Assembly: GCA_051294375.1 (NCBI GenBank)
Contig: CM119265.1
Coordinates: 2,463,268-2,527,267 of the forward strand
Direction: 5' to 3'
Source of the DNA: Paraspadella gotoi
Taxonomy: Eukaryota; Animalia; Chaetognatha
DNA length: 64,000 nucleotides
The first letter of the stretch is position 1; each line of letters starts with the position of its first letter. Below, piece after piece: positions 13,483 through 26,440 of the stretch. Below the pieces are notes generated by a model. It did no database searches. It was not told where the DNA came from and saw only the letters and a list, made by a program, of their open reading frames with translations. Made by a program: the position numbers and the translations under genes.

Positions 13483-15966
13483 ATGACGAAATTTATCGCG
13501 GAAAAATCTGAGACGAATTTCGCTAATTTCTACGATGTGACGCGATGATAGTGCGGGGGGGGCGTGCGGGGCGTCATAACGTCTTCCGGCGCCATCTTTG
13601 TGTTCAACGTCGTCTTGAACGTCGTCAACATCATGGTCACCAGCTACACGGCTTACATCCCTCCAGAGTACATCCGGGGTGAGATTTCTGGTGGAAAAAA
13701 TGAATATAAAGAAAAACCAAGTATGATACACAGTCTTAATGTCAATAAATATCAAAATTATAGCTTTTACAATCGATTGAGATGATATTTGATTTTTTTT
13801 TTTTTTTTTTAGTACATGAGTGTAAACAAATAATAATGACATCTAACGTTATAAAAAATCTCTAGGTCAGTTGTCAAATTCGATTGCATCTAACCTCTTT
13901 CATTCTACAATCCCCACACCCCCCCCCCTTAAAACCTCGATATCTTCAACCCAACTTCCCGAAATAGACAACTGTTTTGAGCGACGACAAGTTTGAGAAT
14001 TCGTCTCTACTTCGAACCGGAAACGATTCTTCGTCCTCCTCCTCCTCTCCTCCTCCTCCTCCTCATCCTTCATGCTAGAATTCGACTTGATCTGCGCGAC
14101 GCCGGAATTTGCAAATTTGGCGCCGGCGCTATTTTTCGCCGGCGGGCGGCGTCGTCCCTCGTCGTCGGCGCCCTGCAGCCTTCGGACGGCGCGCGGTGGT
14201 TGGGATCAGCACCGGCGTCGAAGTCGTCATGCACGCCGCTGTATACTTTGCAAGGGACGCAGTCGGGTATTTGGCGTTTAGGACCGTTGGAGGGTTCATG
14301 CAGGTGAAACGGACAGACAGACAGGTTGACTGGATTAATTTGATGGAAGAAAAGATTGATTGATGAACTGATGGATTGATGTATTTTTTTTGTTAGTAAA
14401 CAATAGTCATTTATATGTCTAAATTTCATATTGATTAGTTTGATTTGACTTAATAATGAGTGGAGAAATTTGGCTTTAAAATAGTCTCTCATTTTGAAAC
14501 TCAAATCATTTTTATGTGTGATATAGTATTAATATTAATATATTCTGAAATCTCTTGGGAAATTGATAAGATAGCATTTTTAGGAAAATTGTAACCAAAT
14601 TTTATTCGGAAAAAGTGTGATTTTGTTGTTCTTTTGTTAAAAAATTAATTAGCCAGAATTAGAAGCTTCGAATCTCCTTTTCTCTTCCAGTTAATCACTC
14701 TGGAATGAGCGCCGTCCTTTTCTTAGAAATCTTCAGCTCAGCTCATCGATTTCACGCAAACTCCTTCCTGCACCTGTACATGCCAGTCAGCTTCGCATCG
14801 TCTCTCTGGGCGCCTACCTCGTTCCCCGGTGGAGGGAGCTGCATCTGCTTATATCTGGGTTGGCTATTGTTTATAAAAAAATACTTAATTTCATATTGTG
14901 CGCCAATTTTGACTTCATTTGCTTCAGATTTGAAAGATGAAAAAATAATTAAAATATTTATAACTTTTTGAAAATTAATTCTTTTTTTAAATAAAAATTA
15001 CGATTATAATTAGAATTAGTTTTAATTAAAACTTTGATTTTCATACAGAATTAATTAATTAAATAATTATAATAAGTATATTGAATTTTAAACTTTATAT
15101 AACTTATAAGTTTAATAGAAAAACCAGTGGAGGTGGTCGAGAGATAAAATGGCGAACAAAATGAGATGAATCGATTTATTGAAATCTGAAAAGCGAATGG
15201 AATCGAATTGGCTAATTGTACAAAGTGGCATTCATTTTTATATGGCGGAGAGAGAGAAAATTTGGTTTACATTTGTAAAGTAAATTATTCTAAAAAATAC
15301 GACTGGCGTTTTGTTGAACAAAGGAGCAAAAATTCTTAGGATGGAATTGTTAAGAATTCGTCTGGCGATTTTATTTTCTTTATTAATAATACTCAGGATC
15401 TCCACTGGCCACACTACCAAAGAAAGAAAATAAATATGAGCATCAATTATAAAATAATCGCTAATTTAAAACTGATGCGACATTAAATAAAGTATTTTAT
15501 TAGTGAAAACAAAATTTGATGCCTCTCCCGAACGCTCTTGATCAACTTGTAACGACGCAATCCATACGCATCTTGTGATAAATCTGATATTGCAATACAG
15601 AAAAAAACTCTGATTATTAATAAGCTTAAAGGAGCTTAAAATTCAGAATTGAAAGGAGTCATATTGAGTGAATCCGCATTAGTTTAGTTTAGTTAACTTA
15701 TTTAGTTCTTTTTAAGTTTAAAGTTAGGGGTTACGTATGTTAGGGATTAGGTTATGTAAGTAGGGTTTTAAAATAGGTTAAGTTTAGGAAATAAGGTTAA
15801 TATGGATTAGGGACAAGAGTTATTGATTAGGGTTTGGATTAAATTTGATTAGGGTAGGAATTTCATGCTAGGAATTGGATTATAGATTTTGTTAAATATT
15901 TGAGCTAATATTTAAAGTTAATATGAAGTTATAAAATAATTGACCTTTCCATTTAACCCACATTCT

Positions 15967-16006
<40 letters not shown>

Positions 16007-18488
16007 GCCTTTTCTTCATTTCTTTCGCCCTCATGTGGTTCGTCCCGGAATCCCTGCGTTGGCTCTCAAGTCAGGAAGAGGAGGAGAGTCATGAACATCT
16101 GAAGGAAAGATGCAAGAAAATGTTGAAGGTTGAATCGTTGGAAGACTTTGTCAATAAAAGCCGGGCATCCCTCATGGCCAAAGGTGCTAGTGATTGCTCA
16201 TTTTCTATTGCAGATTTTGCAAAATTTGAGTTTATTGTTAGCCCTTACTTATTACTTTCTCTATAACAGATTGCGATCCGGAACCAAAAATGTCAGTCAA
16301 TGTTGAAATCAAGCGACAAAATTCCGTGTGGATGAATTTCGAGGTCCTCAAACGATTGGCGTTCATGAGCTTTCTTTGGATGGCGGCGATGGCAACGTAA
16401 ATAGATGAATCAATTGATTAATCAATCAATCAATCAATCATTCAATCATCTATCTTCCAGCTACTGGTCCATCAGCCTCTCTTCAACCGACCTCCTTCCT
16501 GGCGACCGATACCTTAACCTTCTCCTCCTCGGCGCCACGCACGTCCCGTCTATCGCCTTAGCGTGGGCCTCATCTAAGATGATCCATCAACGGCTGGCAT
16601 TGGCGCTGATGTTTGCTGGAGCCGCGGCCTGCTTTAGCGCCGCCTATGGGCTGCAGATGACAGGATGGGTGAAGGAAGACAATGCTGTCTTTTGGACGAT
16701 CGTCGTTGGTGAGAAAAAGGATGATGATGATGAAGGGGACGATGATAACAAGTCTTGAAAATGACAGAGAAAAATATATGAAACTAATCTTTGAAATTTG
16801 TACAAATAATTTATTCAATCTAGCCCTTGACTTTGGACAATATGAAATAGTCTGCAGATTTTGATTAACTTCATTTTCCTCTCGCATGGAAACATTTTAA
16901 TAATTATCAATACAAAATAAATATATAAATATATATACTTAAGGGTGTGGTCTCTTCATACAATTGAAACATTCTTTGAAACATTATACCACTTCATTGA
17001 TAGGGAAGCCAGATACTCTGGGAGTGAATAAACGAGACTGTGAGAGAGTCTTGGTTGAAAGCTTGCAGGGACCTGCTATGTCATTATCTTGTAAAATTGA
17101 TGGAGGCCTTAAACCACCAAAGCCTGTCCAAAGTCACAATATGTGAAGGTTAACCGACAGTACCATTGGGACACACTGTAATTTCAAAAAGTTGTAATAA
17201 TAACCCTCATCTAACTTTTTTAAGCTTTATCATAATCTGATAAAAAAAAATTTAAATTTACCCAAAAAAATTGTTGACATTATATAGTATTTGGATAATA
17301 TAAAATAGCATAAGATAAATCTTACATTTTTTTTATGTTCAAGATCTTCTAATAAACACATTAACAATATTTATACCGAACATCTGTTAGTTTGTAACCT
17401 GTTGCGCCTTACTGGCGAGGGTGCGTTAAGCGTTAAGTTTATTAATTCCCACAGTTTCTAGCTTATCTCTCAATGCAATGTCATAGATTTAGCAAAGTTG
17501 TTTTGATCTAGTGGTGAACTTAATAGCAAATATTTTTTATAAATGTTTTCCCTTTGTGAAAATATTGTATCTTTTAAAAGACATTTAATTGATATAAATC
17601 ATCCCCCCTCACAAAAGGTCGATTTTTCTGCGGAGGAGCGCTTGTCATTCTCGAAGTTTACACCAACGAATATTTCCCGACTTCTTGTCGTTACCTTGGT
17701 TACGGTCTTTGCGTCGGCGCTGGAAGACTCGTCACAAGGTAAAGGCCATTATTTTTAGTCACTTTTTGGTCAGTCTGTCGGTCGGTCGGTCCGTCGTTTG
17801 GTTGCTCATTTGTTAAGACAGAAAAAAACCTCAAATCTAAGTGACTGCTAGCGCCCTCTTCCGGAAATCCTAAAACTATAAGGAATAAAAGACGGAATTC
17901 CGATGCAGTGCGTGTCATAAATACAGTCTAAGAAAGTTATTGTAGTCATGTCATGTCACAAGAAATACACGTGATAAGGCAGTCACTACGGCGTAACACA
18001 TTTGAATTACCGTTCTTGTTCTTCGTATCTAGAATATTGAGAAAATTCTTGATAAGCGGGAGGTTATGGAATTTACTCTCTTTTATTTAACATGGCTTTA
18101 TTTAATTTTTTAAAAAATTGTCTTATCTTCTTCTTTCCTTTTTTACATTCGCTACCTTTATGAATTTGTTATTTACTATAATAAATTGTATTCACTTATT
18201 TAATCATTTTTCATTCATTTTCATTCATTTTCATTCAACTCTTTCCCGCCACCAGCGTCGCCTCCTTCGCCTCTCTCCTCATCCGCTCCACGCCCACCGC
18301 GGTTTCCTCTTATCATCGCCATCGTCAACGTCGCGGCCGTCGTCGTCATTGTCGTCGGAATGGAGGGAACAAAAGGACGGAAGATGGCGCAGACTGTGGA
18401 AGAGATGGAGGAAGAGAGGAAGAAGAGAGGAAAGGGAAAGAAGAGGAAAGGAGAAGAGAGGAAAGGGAGCGAGGAAGAGTTGAATTGA
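13483..18488 (+). CDS. SLC22-family MFS transporter, copy 2 (near-identical to copy 1; probably a redundant haplotype/assembly copy)
   Basis: Same 8 exons and introns as 2578-8610, differing mostly by homopolymer indels; ORFs 15940-16266 (PESLRWL) and 16405-16758 (YWSISLSSTDLLPGDRYLN). Confidence 0.65.
17087..17136 (+). ncRNA. Twister ribozyme family B, 3'-truncated
   Basis: Same core as 6237-6293, but cut after L4 (AAAGTCA), where the MITE end joins. Confidence 0.45.
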
Positions 18489-19679
18489 GGGAATGAAGAA
18501 GGAAATTGTTAAAACGTGAATAATGAAATTCACTTTAGTAATTTATTTTTCTTTTACGCTTTTTTAAATTTCGGAATTGCATTTGGTTCGGCATTAAATT
18601 TATCGATGTTATTGAATTCGTTCATTCAAAAAAATTAAGAAAAATATTGGTAATGATTAATATTAAAATAAAATTTTTTTTGGTGTCCTTATCGATTTGC
18701 GGCTTTGGATTTTAGTTGATTACTACATGGACTTCAATCTGTGTGATTCAAAATATATTTGATTAAACTCGTAATTCTTTCAGTATAGTATATATATATT
18801 TTTTTTAAAATTTATCAGTTAGAAAACTACTTGACGTTTATTTTGACTATAAAAATATTTTACATTTCGATTTCTCTAACCATTTAAGTAAGTAGACAGG
18901 GATTTTCTACCAAAGTGGAATTTATTCTCAGAAAGTAAACAAGCAAGAGGGTGTCATTTCCAGGCAGAGTGAATCAATACAATTTTGGTTCATATTTATA
19001 CTGTGTGAACGGATCGGAGGTAAGGTTAGGTGACAGAACCGTTCAATATAAGCAGTCCCTGGCGATCGGACAGGTTGAACTAGAGAAGTTCTCTCAAATA
19101 AATAATGTAAGTGGACTGTTAGAGAATATGAAATAAAAATAATTTTTAAAAATTATCTTAATTAATAAGCGCACGGAGCATTTAAGATTATTTTATTACT
19201 ATATAAAGTTAAAATTTTTTTGAATTTTTTCAATTTTTTTTTAATGGGATTCTGATAGAGCCTTAAAGTTAGATTGAAGGGTTATTTCTATACAAAATTT
19301 TTAAAAATTTTTTTTTGTTTTTATTTGATAAAATTTTAAAAACTATAAAATTCAGCCAATGATATGATGCATTGATGATTTTATTTTTAACGTTTTTTCT
19401 GTTTTTTAACCAATTTCTTGTCAAAATTTTTTAAAAAATTTGTAGTACTAACTTTCATTTAACTTTCAAAGCCTCTATCAGGATCCGTCTTAAAACTAAT
19501 TTTAAAAAAAAAAATTTTTTGTCATTTGTTATATATTAATAAATATTTTAAAAGCTTCAGTGCAACAAAGCCCAATGAACTATTCAAAAAGTTACATTTG
19601 AAAATCGATATTCAGTAATAGAAGGAAAAAAGGGAATTTTTTTGAGGAGAAAACATAAAAGTTAATAAAAGAAGTGTTC

Positions 19680-19885
19680 AATTTTTGAACCCGCCTTAAT
19701 AAGCAGTCCCTTGAGCATTCGGAACAGGCTGTAAACCGTGTTAAAGGCGGGGTTTAAGCGCCCCGTCCCTCTTAACTGCTAGGCGGCCACCGGGCTAGAA
19801 CCCCGGACCTTTGGGTTTGGGAGGCGAATGTCTTGCCTCCGGCAACAATGGCCGCTGATGAACGGTTGGAGGATTTTCGTCCATC
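19680..19885 (-). mobile_element. Family A SINE-like element with twister (ribozyme 19702-19780)
   Basis: Cleanest tRNA-like head: GCGGCCA TTGTTGCCGGAGGCAAGACATTCGCCTCCCAAACCCAAAGGTCCGGGGTTCTAGCCCGG TGGCCGC (7-bp acceptor stem, B-box-like T arm), followed directly by the twister. Positional duplicate of 9425-9650. Confidence 0.7.
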
Positions 19886-21051
19886 ATAACAGTTTATTTT
19901 TAACGTTGATTGGGAAGTTATTTGATGTAAAATTTTTTTTTTGGTAATAAAAAGGTAGTTTGTTATTATAAAAAAATATTCTCTCCTACCCACACACAAA
20001 ATTACACTCCAATCCAATCCTCCAATCACGAGTCATTGGAGTTTTTTTGCAAAAGTGGAACGGACAGACGGACGGACGGACATCATTTTTTTTTGCAAAA
20101 TTTATCATAATTCGAGGTTCTGACATGATTTAAGTGAATGCCCCGACAATATTTGGGGGCGAGACCGACGGACCGACAAAGTGAATTATAGAGTCGGAAT
20201 CTGCTGATGAGCAGATCCGACTAAAAATTTATAACCCGATCGATATTCGTTTCGATTATATTACAAGTGTTTTCGTATAACTCAAGATTGTTGAAAACCA
20301 GTTTTCAACCAGACCGGTTTGAAAAAAAAAATTATCTCTCTCTTATTTCTCCCTAACTCCACACTAAAGCGTAGTTTATCTCAAATAAAACCTCGTACTT
20401 AATCAAATCGGCTAATAAACAAATGATTTTTCGTTACCGAATTCAGATTGAATAAAAAAAAAATTTAATCTATTTCCGTTTTTGGTTAAAATTTTCGATC
20501 TTATTATAATTTTTAGGATGAGAAAATACTTTATTTTTGAAAAAGATGTTTCCAATGATCATAAGACGGGTAAGATCTTTTCGATTAGATAATCGAGGTT
20601 TTGTTCGAGATGTCATGAAACCTACTTTACCTATTATTTCTTTTTTTTCTTTTTCTCCCCAAAAAGCCACGCTGCTCTTTTTTCCCATCCCCTCCCCTGA
20701 AAAATATCTCATAGATTTGAGGAAAAAGTGATGCCTCACCTCTCTCTCTCTCTATTTCTCTCTTTTACATATTTTACACTATCACTTTTTTAGTTTTACG
20801 GCTGTCAATTTTTGGAGAGAGAGAAACTTATTCTTTAGTTATGTTTTAGACTCACATTGAAACACGTCGCCCTTCCAAAATACAGTTTTACTGGACGTAA
20901 TGGACTTTATTGTGAAAATACATTTTTTTATAATCTACTTGGCGACCTTTTCTTCTTTACTTGTGTTGAGATTGAGAGACGCTTGAGAGAAATTCCTGCC
21001 ATAATCTTCCATCGTCAAACTTCACGATCGGGCAACGTCTAAACGTCGCCA

Positions 21052-21127
21052 AGCAGTTAAGAGGGACGGGGCGCTTAACCCGCCTGTAACACGGTGTTAC
21101 AGCCTGATCCGAAGCCCAGGGACTCTT
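21052..21127 (+). ncRNA. Twister ribozyme, type P5 (family A), in a 5'-truncated element
   Basis: AGCAGTT-AA-GAGG-GA-CGG-GGCGCT-T^AA-CCC-GC-CTGTAACACGGTGTTACAG-CCTGA-TCCGAAGC-CCAGG-GACT; predicted cleavage 21076/21077. Confidence 0.8.
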
Positions 21128-21801
21128 TATGTCGAACGGTTCTGTCACTAACACATAACAATAATTATTGTCTCTTCATAATGTTGATTTAAATAAAATT
21201 TTATCAATTTGTAGTAATATTGTAATTTTGATAGCAACAATAAAAGCATTAAAATCGAACTTTTTTACAAAATTCTTTTTTTACCTGAAAGTAGACTTCG
21301 TGACTAAAGTTTTTAACTCCAGCCCTTATTAAATTTAATTTCATGGTAGATTTCTAATTTAACTAACTTTCCCTCCCAAAAATTCCAATTTTAATATAAA
21401 AAAATAAAAATAAAAATTTCAATTAAATTCTCTTATTTTTAAACCCCCTTTCCCCTAAAAAAAAATCTTCATCAAAAATCTTTCCATTTGTTAACCCACC
21501 TTTTAATTTATATTAAAAATAAAGATTTCAAAAGGAGGAAAAAGTCAGTCCAGAAGTGAGTACTACTGAGTTTGTTTGTTTGTTTAATATGAAAACTGCA
21601 GTCAAAAGCCGTATAAAGAATTTGTCAAGCGGTTGAGACACTGCGCTCTCGGAATCTTGTATTTCCAAATCGATTGTATAACCGGATCAAATCGTTATTG
21701 TCTCAAGATTTTCGGTATTCAGATTTGAACGAAAAACATTATTGAAAAAAATGTGGAATTGTTTTTTTAAGGAAAATCGACTTTAAAAAAAAAAAAGCAA
21801 A

Positions 21802-24800
21802 ATGAAGACATCAAATGCAAAAAATTTTGAGAAGAATTACGCTAATTTCTACGACGTGGACTCGGTGATCGATGCTGGGGGCGTGGGGCGTCACAACGTC
21901 CTTCCCGGCGCCATATTGTCGTTCAATATCGTCTTGACAGTCGTCACCATCACCGTTACCAGCTACACGGCTTACATCCCACCAAACTACTTCCGGGGTA
22001 AATTTTAAAAGTGAGGAGATTCTTAAGGCTGAGGCAGCAAGTCACAAGCACTGACGGCTCACCAGCGAGCCACTTCCCTAGCCCTAACCCTGGAGTGGCC
22101 CTAACCCTAAACCTAATTCATTCCCAGGCTCGCGACAGCGCCAGCAAGCCTCCCACTCAACCCTAACCCTAAACCAGGCCCCGTTCCAAACCTTAACCCA
22201 AACCAGTTTCCCCAGCTCGCTACTTCCCTAGTCCAACCCTAACCCGGGTCTCCTGTCTCAAATCCTTAACCCTAAAGTCACCCGCGGGCCTCTCCCTTAA
22301 CCTAACACGGGTCCCCCTTTCATCCCCGAGCCTAAACGTCAGCCTCTCACTTGCGGCTTTCGTCTTATTCGCTATTTTATATTTCATCACTGTTAAAGTC
22401 GCCAGCGAGGGTAATGGCGACACGCTAGGGCCCTGGCGATATCCCCATGGCAAAGTTCCACCACTCGAACCCAGCAAGCCTCCTCTTGAAGGCTAATTAC
22501 GTTATCGTTGTTTTTGGTCATTTGCGTTTTGAATTGTTGCCCCGAGGAAGATTTTTTGGCGCAACGATATATCTCCTACTAACGCCTATTTTCTCAAACC
22601 CTAACTGGCCTCACTCTTCCTTGACACTCTGTGACAGATCACTGCTCAAACAACGACAGTTTGATGAATTCATCTAAACTTCAACCTGAAAAACAATTCA
22701 TCCCCTTCTATCTCTTTATGCTGGAATTCGATCTCATCTGTACTACACCGGAAATGGCTAATTTAGCGCAGGCATTGTTTTTGCTGGATCCCGGCGTCAT
22801 CCCTTGTTGTCGGCGCCCTGCAGCGGTATGGGCGTCGCCGCGTAGTTTGGCATCTGTACTGGAGTTGAAGTCGTCATGAATGCTGCCGTTTACTTTACCC
22901 AGGATTCTGCCGTTATCTGGCCTTAGGACTGTCGGCGGTTTATACAGGTGACTATTTAGATATGTGCTTGCCGAAAAAGGTTTTTCTGCGGGGCAACTGT
23001 GGACAATTGTTGAACTCTTAAGGTCCTTTAGTGCAACGTGCACTATTTAGTGAGATTATTACATTGGAATTCACATTTACAGTTTTACTGCTCAATGATC
23101 ATATGATCAATGTGTAATTATATTGTATAAGTATATGAAATAAATTAAATAATTAATAATTAATATATGAATAAATATGCGGCTGGAAATTAGCCGCTTA
23201 TTTGATACTTACTTTCTCTTTCTATTTCAGCTAATCAACTCTGGAATGAGCGTCGTCTTTTTCTTAGAAATCTTCAGCTCAACTCATCGCATTCACGCCA
23301 ACTCTTGTCTGCACCTTCACATTCCGATAAGTTTTGGCCTTGTCTCCTGGGGCGCCTACCTCGTTCCCGGGTGGAGGGAGCTGCATCTGCTTATATCTGG
23401 GTTGTCGAATGTTTTGGAAGAATAAATAGTTATTTTTAATTTACTTGTGACTTGCGAGAATGAATAATTAACTAATCTCTCTCTCTTCAGCCTTTTTTTC
23501 ATTTGTTTCGTCCTCATGTGGTTTGTCCCGGAATCCCTGCGTTGGCTCTCAAGTCAGGAAGAGCAGGAGAGTCATCAACTGCTGAAGGAAAGATGCAAGA
23601 AAATGTTGAGGGTTGATTCATTAGAAGACTTTGTCAATAAAAGCCAGGCATCTGTCTTGGCCAAAGGTGATGTTTGCTTGTCCCATAGCTAGATTGATTT
23701 TTTTTAGATTGCTCAATGCTCATATTCCATTTTACGTCGATTGCTAGCCTCCACTCATTGCCTTTTCCATTGCAGATGGTAAAGTTGAAGTTGAAACATC
23801 AATGGATGTTGGAATCAGGAGAAAATGTTCTGTGTGGATGAATTACGAGGTCCTCAAACGGTTGGCACTCATGTGCTATCTTTGGATTGCGACATTGGCG
23901 ACGTAAATACACATCTATCCATCTACCTATAAATCAATCAATCAATCAATCAATTGATCAATTCTTCATCCCTCAGCTACTGGACGATCAGCCTCTCTTC
24001 AACCGACCTCCTTCCTGGCGACCGATACCTCAACCTTCTTCTCCTCGGCGCCACGCACGTCCCGTCTATCGCCTTAACGTGGGCCTTATCTAAGACTCTT
24101 CAACAACGACCGGCATTGGCGCTAATGTTTGCTGGCGCTGCTGTGTGCTTCAGCAGCACCTATGGACTGCAATTGAAAGGATGGGTTAAGGAAGACGACG
24201 TTATCTTTTGGACAATAGTCGTTGGTGAGAAAGAGGATGAGTGATGATCTTGAAGTGACTGAGAGGAGAGAGGGTCGCCATGCCACTCTGTGAGTGTGGA
24301 TAGCCCCCACACTTAGTGTGCCCACTGCCTGTTGGGTCTGGGAGATTTTTTTTCGTCGGTTGCCTTGCTTTCTGGAACTTTGGATCCGGCGGTAGGCTTG
24401 CTTCCGGTGGTTTGACCGGCCGTGACTCTTATTGCAAGGACTGTTCTGATCAGGGCTAGTACCCGGGACCATTGAGTTAGCCCAGTGCGCTGATGGAAGA
24501 AACAGTCGTATCCAACGGGTACTGACATTACATCACTACAATCTAATATATAATAGGTAATTGATATAAACCATCTCGCTCACCAAAGGTCGTTTCTTCT
24601 GCGGTGGAGCGCTCGTCATTCTTGATGTTTACACCAATGAATATTTCCCAACATCTTGTCGCTATCTTGGATACGTGGTTTGCGTTGGTGCCGGAAAAAT
24701 TTTTACAAGGTAAAAATAGCCATAGCCGTTGAAATTTAAATGATAATGTTTTCAGCGTTAAAATAATATATTGCGGACGAACAACTACAATACGCAACCT

Positions 24801-25657
24801 CGGTCAAACCAACTGACCTTACCAAACTTACCCTCAATCTCTTTATGGTCAAACGTTGACCTTGTAAATACAATTGTAATAGACTTAGCATCTGAGCATT
24901 TTTAACTGTTATTGTTATAACGTTGTTGAATTTTAGGAAAAAAAGTTTTTGTGCTTCAATTTTTTACCTTTTTTATTTATAAATAGATATTAAAAAATTA
25001 ATTACTAGGGTATAGAGCCATATAAACAATTTTTCGTCCATTTAAAGTATACTTAAAAATGTATAAATTTTCCTATGAGCTTGTACTCACTGTAAATTAT
25101 TAAGTGCGGCTACCCCAAGTAAAAACTTTTTTTTTGTAAAACAGTGAGAGAATCTTGCATAAGTGCAAGATATTTGTGGTTTCATTTTATTATTTTGTTT
25201 TTAATTTTGTCTTTCTTAATTTGTCTTTCTCTTTATATATGCATTTTTTAATTACAATAATCATTTCCTCAATGAATTCATTTTAATAATCCACAGCATT
25301 GCTTCCTTCGCCTCTCTCCTCATCCGCTCCACGCCCACCGCGTTTCCTCTTATCATCGCCGTCGTCAACCTCGTTGCTGTCTTCATCATCGTCGTCTGCC
25401 TGGTGGAGACGAAGGGGAAGAAGATGGCGCAGACTGTGGGAGAGATGGAGGAAGAGAAGGAGAGAGGGAGGGCGGAGACGAAAGCGAAGGACTTGGAGGA
25501 AGAAAAAGAGAAGAGAGAGGAAGAGAGGAAAGGGAAAGAGAAGAGAGAGGAAGAGAGGAAAGGGAAAGAGAAGAGAGAGGAAGAGAGGAAAGGGAAAGAG
25601 AAGAGAGAGGAAGAGAGGAAAGGGAGCGAGGAAGATGAAGAGTTAAAAAAATATTAA
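21802..25657 (+). CDS. SLC22-family MFS transporter, copy 3 (diverged paralog), 8 exons
   Basis: Exons 21802-21997, 22638-22947, 23231-23400, 23491-23666, 23776-23902, 23977-24224, 24589-24709, 25297-25657. Splice phases are consistent; motifs EFDLIC, RYGRR, PESLRWL, YTNEYFPTSCR, LVETKG. Small indels in exon 2. Introns are unrelated to those of copies 1/2. Confidence 0.85.
24255..24530 (-). mobile_element. SINE-like element, family D, with degenerate twister (24363-24439)
   Basis: Minus strand: T-arm-like GGTCCCGGGTACTAGCCCTG, then P5 CCTTGC/GCAAGG, P2 ACC/G-A-GT, T2 AC/GT, P3 CGG..CCG, L4 T-CCA-AA-GT. Older copy at 26257-26440 (+). Confidence 0.55.
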
Positions 25658-26256
25658 AGAAATTCTTTACTTAATATTTAATAAATCGGCGATGGATTGG
25701 GTGCTGTGGCGGGAGTGGTTTTTGCAGCAGTGCTTGTCGCATTGCATTAATAGTTAGAAACTTAGAACAAGGTCTGGTTAAGTATATTCAATTAATTTTT
25801 TTTTCTTTAAATGCTCCCAATGCGTCACATAATAAAAAAAAGAAGAAGGAATACGGATTTTCTAAGTTTTGAATCGCTACCCTCTGGTAAAAAATAAAAA
25901 AAAATAGCACGATAGCTTATTTATTTAATGAATGGATAATTTTTATATTGGTTGTACCAATTGAATTTTATAAAACGCTGTGTCCTGATCGTTTGCAGCG
26001 TCCAATTATTATTTATAGCATTAATTTCCATAGCAATTATTACTCATAGCATTAGTTGGCATAGCAATTATTACTCATAGCATTAATTGAAATAGCAATT
26101 ATGACTCATAGAATTATAATTTTGATATCAACACTAAAAGCATTAAAATCGAACTTGAAAGTAGACTTCAAGACTAAAGTTTTGAAACCCCGCCCTTATT
26201 GAATTTAAATTAATAGTAGATTTCTAATTAAGCTAACGTCTTATCTCTAAACTTTT

Positions 26257-26440
26257 CTAAACCCGATGGTCTTGTGTTCCAGCCCTGGTCAGAACGGTTT
26301 TTGCGAAAGGGCCAGTAGCAAGTTTACTTCCCAATCGAAAGTTTTGTAAAAGCAAGGCAAGGAAAAATCTTTCAGACTCATTGGGCATACTAAATGTTGG
26401 GGTTATCCACATTTGCAAAGAGGAACGGCGACCTTTTTTC
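26257..26440 (+). mobile_element. Decayed copy of the family D element
   Basis: GATGGTCTTGTGTTCCAGCCCTGGTCAGAAC and GGGCATACTAAATGTTGGGGTTATCCACA align with the reverse complement of 24270-24480. Confidence 0.5.
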
